Positions 59,427 through 64,000 of a DNA stretch of 64,000 bases are shown here, in pieces. Position 1 is the first letter of the stretch. Every line of letters starts with the position of its first letter. The notes beneath the pieces are model-generated. The model had not been told where the DNA came from. It searched no databases and saw nothing but the letters and a program-made list of their open reading frames with translations. Origin of the DNA: a virus; IMG/VR virus record IMGVR_UViG_3300022939_000017, positions 7,416 through 71,415 of that record. One strand, given 5' to 3'. Both the position numbers and the translations under genes were made by a program.

Positions 59427-59945
59427 TTAAATTCCACCACCATCAATGGTAGATTTACCCACACCTTCGGTAAAATGTACCGAACCCGTATCGAGAGATA
59501 CTCCATTTGAGTTAACAATGATTCCACTTGATGCTCTTACTGAAATAGAATTAGAACCAGTAATGATACCATCACCTTGTCCTATATCTAATTGAGCTGT
59601 TCCACTAAATGCACCACCTAATAAACCACTACCAGCAATTACTGCAGTGATATCACCAGTACCAGAACCACCACTTCCTCCAAATCCACTAAATTCAGAC
59701 CACGATACTGTTGGAGTAAATGTAGAAATAAAATCTGGTTGAGTTACTGTTGCTTGATAAGTAGATTCAGCATCTTCAACCCATACAACTTGTTTATCAG
59801 AAATACGAGCAATAGGAATGTTAGCTAAATCTGTGTATTCAGCTACAGTATAAAAGGCACCTTTGATAAATTCAATATCTGCGAGGGCCGTTCCCGAACC
59901 GGATGCTGCCGAGGTTAATTCAACCTTACTACTAAATGATGGCAT
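59427..59945 (-). CDS. Small virion protein
   Basis: GDITAVIAGSGL.GG fibre motif; ends IDGGGI. Confidence 0.65.
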   Translation of the reverse strand: MPSFSSKVELTSAASGSGTALADIEFIKGAFYTVAEYTDLANIPIARISDKQVVWVEDAESTYQATVTQPDFISTFTPTVSWSEFSGFGGSGGSGTGDITAVIAGSGLLGGAFSGTAQLDIGQGDGIITGSNSISVRASSGIIVNSNGVSLDTGSVHFTEGVGKSTIDGGGI

Positions 59946-59979
59946 TTACTTTTCTCCTTTATTCTTTATTATATAAATA

Positions 59980-62900
59980 TTATGGTGCAGAACCACTCGA
60001 AGGAATTAACCTTACTTCATAAGAAGCCGCGGTGTTTACACTATTTCTACCTATTATATTCCATCTTGTATAACCATCCACTGCCGAATCTACATCGAAC
60101 ATATGGATTTGTGTTCCAGCGGCGGTGAATGATGATTCACCAGCTGCTTTTAGATATAGTACATATTCTCCATTTGTACTACCACCCAAACTATCTGTCA
60201 TAGATGTTGGAATACCATCCATATCAGACCCACTTGGGAATATTATCATAATTTGTTCAGCAGTTGAACCATTACCATTAAATGAACTTGAAATAATAGT
60301 ATCTAAGTTCGAACCACTAACTGTGTTTCTTAAAGTCATTGTTCCACCACCAACTGTGATTGATGAACTACCTAATTCACCAGTTTTAAGTTCATAAATT
60401 GGAGAAGGTCCAACACTTTGATATCCTGTAATTAAATCTGGTTCAAAAGATGTATCTTCTGATGTGATACCCATTAAACCATCATAGTTACCATCAGATA
60501 ATGTACCAGCACCAGTTCTTGTGTTTGTGTAGATATAAACTTTTCCATAATCTGCTGCTGCCGATACCACTATTGATTCATTTGTTAAGGTTACACTTTC
60601 TCCATAACTATCAGTTACAGTTATATTAATTGAATACGAACCTGCTGATAATGAACCTGTTGGTTCTATTGTGAATGGAGATGAACTACCACTAACATCA
60701 AACTTACCACCATCCGTTCCCGCGAGCGTGATTGTAAATGGTGAGTTGTTTTCTGTATCTGTTACAGTTAATGTACCAATATCAGAACCACTAATTGCCT
60801 CATCTGAATTTAATCCATTATCAGTAAAGTTTGCAGATGGAGATGAGTTACCAAATACAGTTGCAGTTACTGAACCACTACCAATATTTCCATATTGGTC
60901 ATCAAATGTTATAGTTGATGTAAATGTATCGCCACTTTGAGTTACTGAACCACTTATATCTACACCAAGAGTTAAATTACCACTTGAATCAACAACGATT
61001 GCCTCGTTTGATGAGGTAAATGATTGAACTACTGCTGTACCATAATTTGGTGAACCATATGAAACGGTTAATTGAGCAGGACTTCCTTGATTAAATCCTG
61101 TTTGGTCTCTAAATACAGAACCATTTTCTGCAGATTCTATAATATAAATTGCAGTATCTCCACTAAGTGTACCATTACCTGCTTGTATGATTGTTACAGA
61201 ACCACTATGTACTCTTGTTTCGAATCCATGTTCATCTTCGATTGAAGCTGTATAAGGATAACTACCTGCTGGTATTGAAGTTGAGTTTACTAACAACTTC
61301 ATTTGTGGTGTTGAGATACTTGGGGTAAAATAAGTTGAATTATAGTTTGTAAAACTTAAAGAACTATTTGGAATAGTATCACCTTCAGTATCAGATAAAT
61401 TTAATCTTACTATTTCCGAAGAACCAGTTGCCTGATTTGTATTTGTATTAAATGTTTGAGTAGATGAAACACTTGGTGCGTTGTTTTTAGCAACATTTAC
61501 TGTAATTGTATCACTACCCACATTTCCATATTGGTCTGTCCAACCAATTGTTGATGTAATTGTATCACCATTTACATTTCCACTACCACTAATATCAGTA
61601 CCAACTGATAATACACCCGTTGATGAGTTTATTGAAATCAATCCATTAGATGAAGTGAATGAACCAGCTGATTGTGAACCATAGTTTGGTGAGTAGGATA
61701 CAGAAACACTTCCTTGTGTACCAGTTCTACCATTCGAATTTATAACTATATTATCACCATTTGTTGCCGATTCGATTACATATAAAGTACCATTTGTTGA
61801 AAGAGTACCCGTACCTGCAGATGCTATTGTAAAACTTCTACCACTATAAGTTGTTGATTCAGAATAAGAATCAGTTACTACTACATCATAATTGTAAGTA
61901 CCAGCGGATAAATTACCATTTGCTTGAATACCAACAGATGATGATGCAACATTCGTATAAACTAATTGCAAATCACTTGCATTAGTTCCACTCAATGAAA
62001 CAGAATAAGGTGTATCTCCTTCAGTATCAGTAATACTCATACTTACCATTGTTGTACCATCTGTTGCTAAGTTTGTGTTAAAGTTAGAACTTTGATTTGT
62101 AAATGTAGCAGTTGGTGCAGAGTTTGCAACAATAGTTACACTCAAGTTATCAGTAGTTGTTGTACCAAATGAGTTTGTAAATGTAATTGTTGAATCTAAA
62201 GTATCACCACTTTGAGTTACAGAACCACTTAAATCAACATCTAATGATAAATTACCATTTGAGTTAATTGATATTGCAGAATTAGATGAACCCCAAGTAC
62301 CACTTTGGTTTGAATTATAATCTGCTTGAGTAGAACCATAGTTTGTTGTTTTTATAGTTGTACCAGTAACTTCAGATTCTTTGATATAAGGTCCTGCTGA
62401 CCAGTTATCTGAAAGAGTTGCTGGTGTATCATCTGTAATTGGTATGGTTACAATCGCAGGTGATGATTTTTCGTTATATGAATCTTTAACCGAAACAGTA
62501 TATTGATATTCGTTTATTAAATCAGAATTTAAGTAAACTCCTGTCTTACGAGTCACTTGACCAGATGAATCCATTTGGAATGGATTTTCGTGTGGGTCTG
62601 TTAATTGTGAAGTTCCACCATAAGAACCACTTGGAACATCTACATTATCTAATTCTAACTTGTATAAAGTAAAATCTACAAAAGTTATTGTATCACCTTC
62701 ACTATCAGAGGCTGCAATTGTATCAACTGTTGCTCCATTTGATGAATTTTCATTTATTGAACTTAGTGTTTGATTATTTACAACAGGTACAACATTATCA
62801 GTTACATTTATTGTAATTGGTAATGTAGTTATTGAATCACTATCCTGTCCTGCTTCATAATGTTCATCTGATGCAGATATACTAAATGTATATTGTGTTT

Positions 62901-63999
62901 GGTTTTCATAATTTAGAGAACCTGTATTTTGTATAATCTGAACATTTGTTGAATTTTTAACAATAGTAAATTCATCCCTATCAATTGAAGATGAATAAAT
63001 TGTAATTGTATCAGATTCTGCATCTGTAAAGTAAATTGTACCAACAACAGTAGAATTTGGTGAACTTTCATTTAAATTTGCAGTAAATGAAGTAATTACA
63101 CTACCACCAACTGAAGTTTGTCTAAATTTAGGTGCTTCGTTTGGTGTAACGATTACATAAATATCTTTTTCAGTTACAGTACCAAAAGTATCTGTTGCTG
63201 TTACAGTAACTTGGTGTCCATGTGAACCACCAACCGAATCTGTATTGAATGATGATGATTCCGCAAGTGCATTTAATTTTAACACTCCACTTTCTACTCT
63301 AACTAAATCATCTGTATATGATGATGCAGTTCCAAATGTAATTGCTTGTCCTTCAGGGTCAGTTCCACTTAAAGTTACAATACTTGAACCACTTGAAACA
63401 TACTCTGAAATCGTTTGGTTACCAGTTGAAATACTTGGACCTGTATTTGGATAGAATACTGCGTTTAAGAAATCTTGTATTGAACCACTTGTACCAGGAT
63501 TTACTGAGTTGGTGAACAAATCTCCTAAATCTTCATTTGATATTACTCTATTTCCATCATATGTTGTATCTGCAGAACCACCACTACCACTTAAAGCATA
63601 TCTTGTATCAAAAGAGGAAGTTAATTGAGATGAACCACTTATAGTTCCACTTGGTACAACTCCACTTGAACCACTTAAAGCATATCTTGTATCATATGAA
63701 GAAGTTAATTGAGAACTTCCACTTACTAAATCACTTGGTAATGATGTTAAATAAGATGAGGTCTGTGCAGATAAGCCATCTACTTCAGTTTGTATAGATG
63801 AACTAAACTCATTAAGTGATGTTAATACAGTATGAGAATCATACGAACCTGTATTTGATTCAATTTGTCCAACTCGTTGTTCTAATGAAGAAGTTGTTGA
63901 TTCTAAATTAGAAATCTTAATATCATTTGATGCAGTATAAGCATTTAATGAATCAATTACAGTATGTGATGAACTGATAAATCCTAAATCGGTAATTTG
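59980..63999 (-). CDS. Giant adhesin-like virion protein with cadherin-like repeats (5' end outside window)
   Basis: The frame stays open upstream of the track start (63519) to the window edge. Repeated N.AP...E...D.EGD Ca-binding motifs and LNYE. Confidence 0.8.
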   Translation of the reverse strand, partial: QITDLGFISSSHTVIDSLNAYTASNDIKISNLESTTSSLEQRVGQIESNTGSYDSHTVLTSLNEFSSSIQTEVDGLSAQTSSYLTSLPSDLVSGSSQLTSSYDTRYALSGSSGVVPSGTISGSSQLTSSFDTRYALSGSGGSADTTYDGNRVISNEDLGDLFTNSVNPGTSGSIQDFLNAVFYPNTGPSISTGNQTISEYVSSGSSIVTLSGTDPEGQAITFGTASSYTDDLVRVESGVLKLNALAESSSFNTDSVGGSHGHQVTVTATDTFGTVTEKDIYVIVTPNEAPKFRQTSVGGSVITSFTANLNESSPNSTVVGTIYFTDAESDTITIYSSSIDRDEFTIVKNSTNVQIIQNTGSLNYENQTQYTFSISASDEHYEAGQDSDSITTLPITINVTDNVVPVVNNQTLSSINENSSNGATVDTIAASDSEGDTITFVDFTLYKLELDNVDVPSGSYGGTSQLTDPHENPFQMDSSGQVTRKTGVYLNSDLINEYQYTVSVKDSYNEKSSPAIVTIPITDDTPATLSDNWSAGPYIKESEVTGTTIKTTNYGSTQADYNSNQSGTWGSSNSAISINSNGNLSLDVDLSGSVTQSGDTLDSTITFTNSFGTTTTDNLSVTIVANSAPTATFTNQSSNFNTNLATDGTTMVSMSITDTEGDTPYSVSLSGTNASDLQLVYTNVASSSVGIQANGNLSAGTYNYDVVVTDSYSESTTYSGRSFTIASAGTGTLSTNGTLYVIESATNGDNIVINSNGRTGTQGSVSVSYSPNYGSQSAGSFTSSNGLISINSSTGVLSVGTDISGSGNVNGDTITSTIGWTDQYGNVGSDTITVNVAKNNAPSVSSTQTFNTNTNQATGSSEIVRLNLSDTEGDTIPNSSLSFTNYNSTYFTPSISTPQMKLLVNSTSIPAGSYPYTASIEDEHGFETRVHSGSVTIIQAGNGTLSGDTAIYIIESAENGSVFRDQTGFNQGSPAQLTVSYGSPNYGTAVVQSFTSSNEAIVVDSSGNLTLGVDISGSVTQSGDTFTSTITFDDQYGNIGSGSVTATVFGNSSPSANFTDNGLNSDEAISGSDIGTLTVTDTENNSPFTITLAGTDGGKFDVSGSSSPFTIEPTGSLSAGSYSINITVTDSYGESVTLTNESIVVSAAADYGKVYIYTNTRTGAGTLSDGNYDGLMGITSEDTSFEPDLITGYQSVGPSPIYELKTGELGSSSITVGGGTMTLRNTVSGSNLDTIISSSFNGNGSTAEQIMIIFPSGSDMDGIPTSMTDSLGGSTNGEYVLYLKAAGESSFTAAGTQIHMFDVDSAVDGYTRWNIIGRNSVNTAASYEVRLIPSSGSAP

Positions 64000-64000
64000 T

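Larger units (their letters stand above)
13845..59979 (-). promoter_or_regulatory. Dispersed late-promoter-like motif TATTTATA (coding strand)
   Basis: TATAAATA on the + strand starting at 13845, 15949, 18213, 18958, 20169, 20818, 21502, 38832, 39866, 40479, 42926, 43310, 44666, 50850, 55852, 59400 and 59972, nearly all shortly upstream of a minus-strand gene start. Confidence 0.75.

Noticed and set aside
574-63454. All plus-strand ORFs in the track (e.g. 35856-36614, 52221-52667, 58104-58529)
   Set aside because: They are antisense shadows of strong minus-strand genes, caused by codon bias, and have no recognisable motifs.
1-64000. Stop-codon reassignment, tRNA or rRNA genes
   Set aside because: Genes are full length under the standard bacterial code with all three stops used, and no cloverleaf or rRNA-like sequence was seen in the short intergenic gaps.

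Overview
This window is part of an AT-rich, large contractile-tailed (T4-like architecture) dsDNA phage genome, with all credible genes on the minus strand. The host is probably a Bacteroidota member, based on TTTG-N20-TATATTTG promoters, an Hc1-like histone protein and a lipoprotein with a charged post-Cys segment. From right to left in transcription order it contains: (1) a ~21 kb array of Ser/Thr/Gly-rich fibre/adhesin genes (cadherin-like, Mtd_N-like, S74 chaperone, LamG, Hint+FN3) with an embedded glycosyltransferase; (2) a tail module (sheath, tube, frameshift-type chaperone pair, tape measure, baseplate); (3) accessory oxygenase/SGNH genes and an early small-gene cluster; (4) a compact family A polymerase followed by stacked accessory cassettes that start with duplicated polA 3' ends; (5) a lipoprotein nuclease, a small structural island and a second early cluster; (6) a replication/nucleotide block (SSB, RecA, 5'-3' exonuclease, DnaB, tandem MTases, class Ia RNR, thioredoxin, a third MTase, and a family B polymerase cut by the window edge). 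The best leads are a possible virion glycosylation system ([ST]-[GAS]-S motif plus three glycosyltransferase-like genes), the polA-anchored cassette stacking, the tandem MTases with an HTH insertion, and a Hint-domain virion protein. All functional calls come from motif recognition by eye; no database searches were run.
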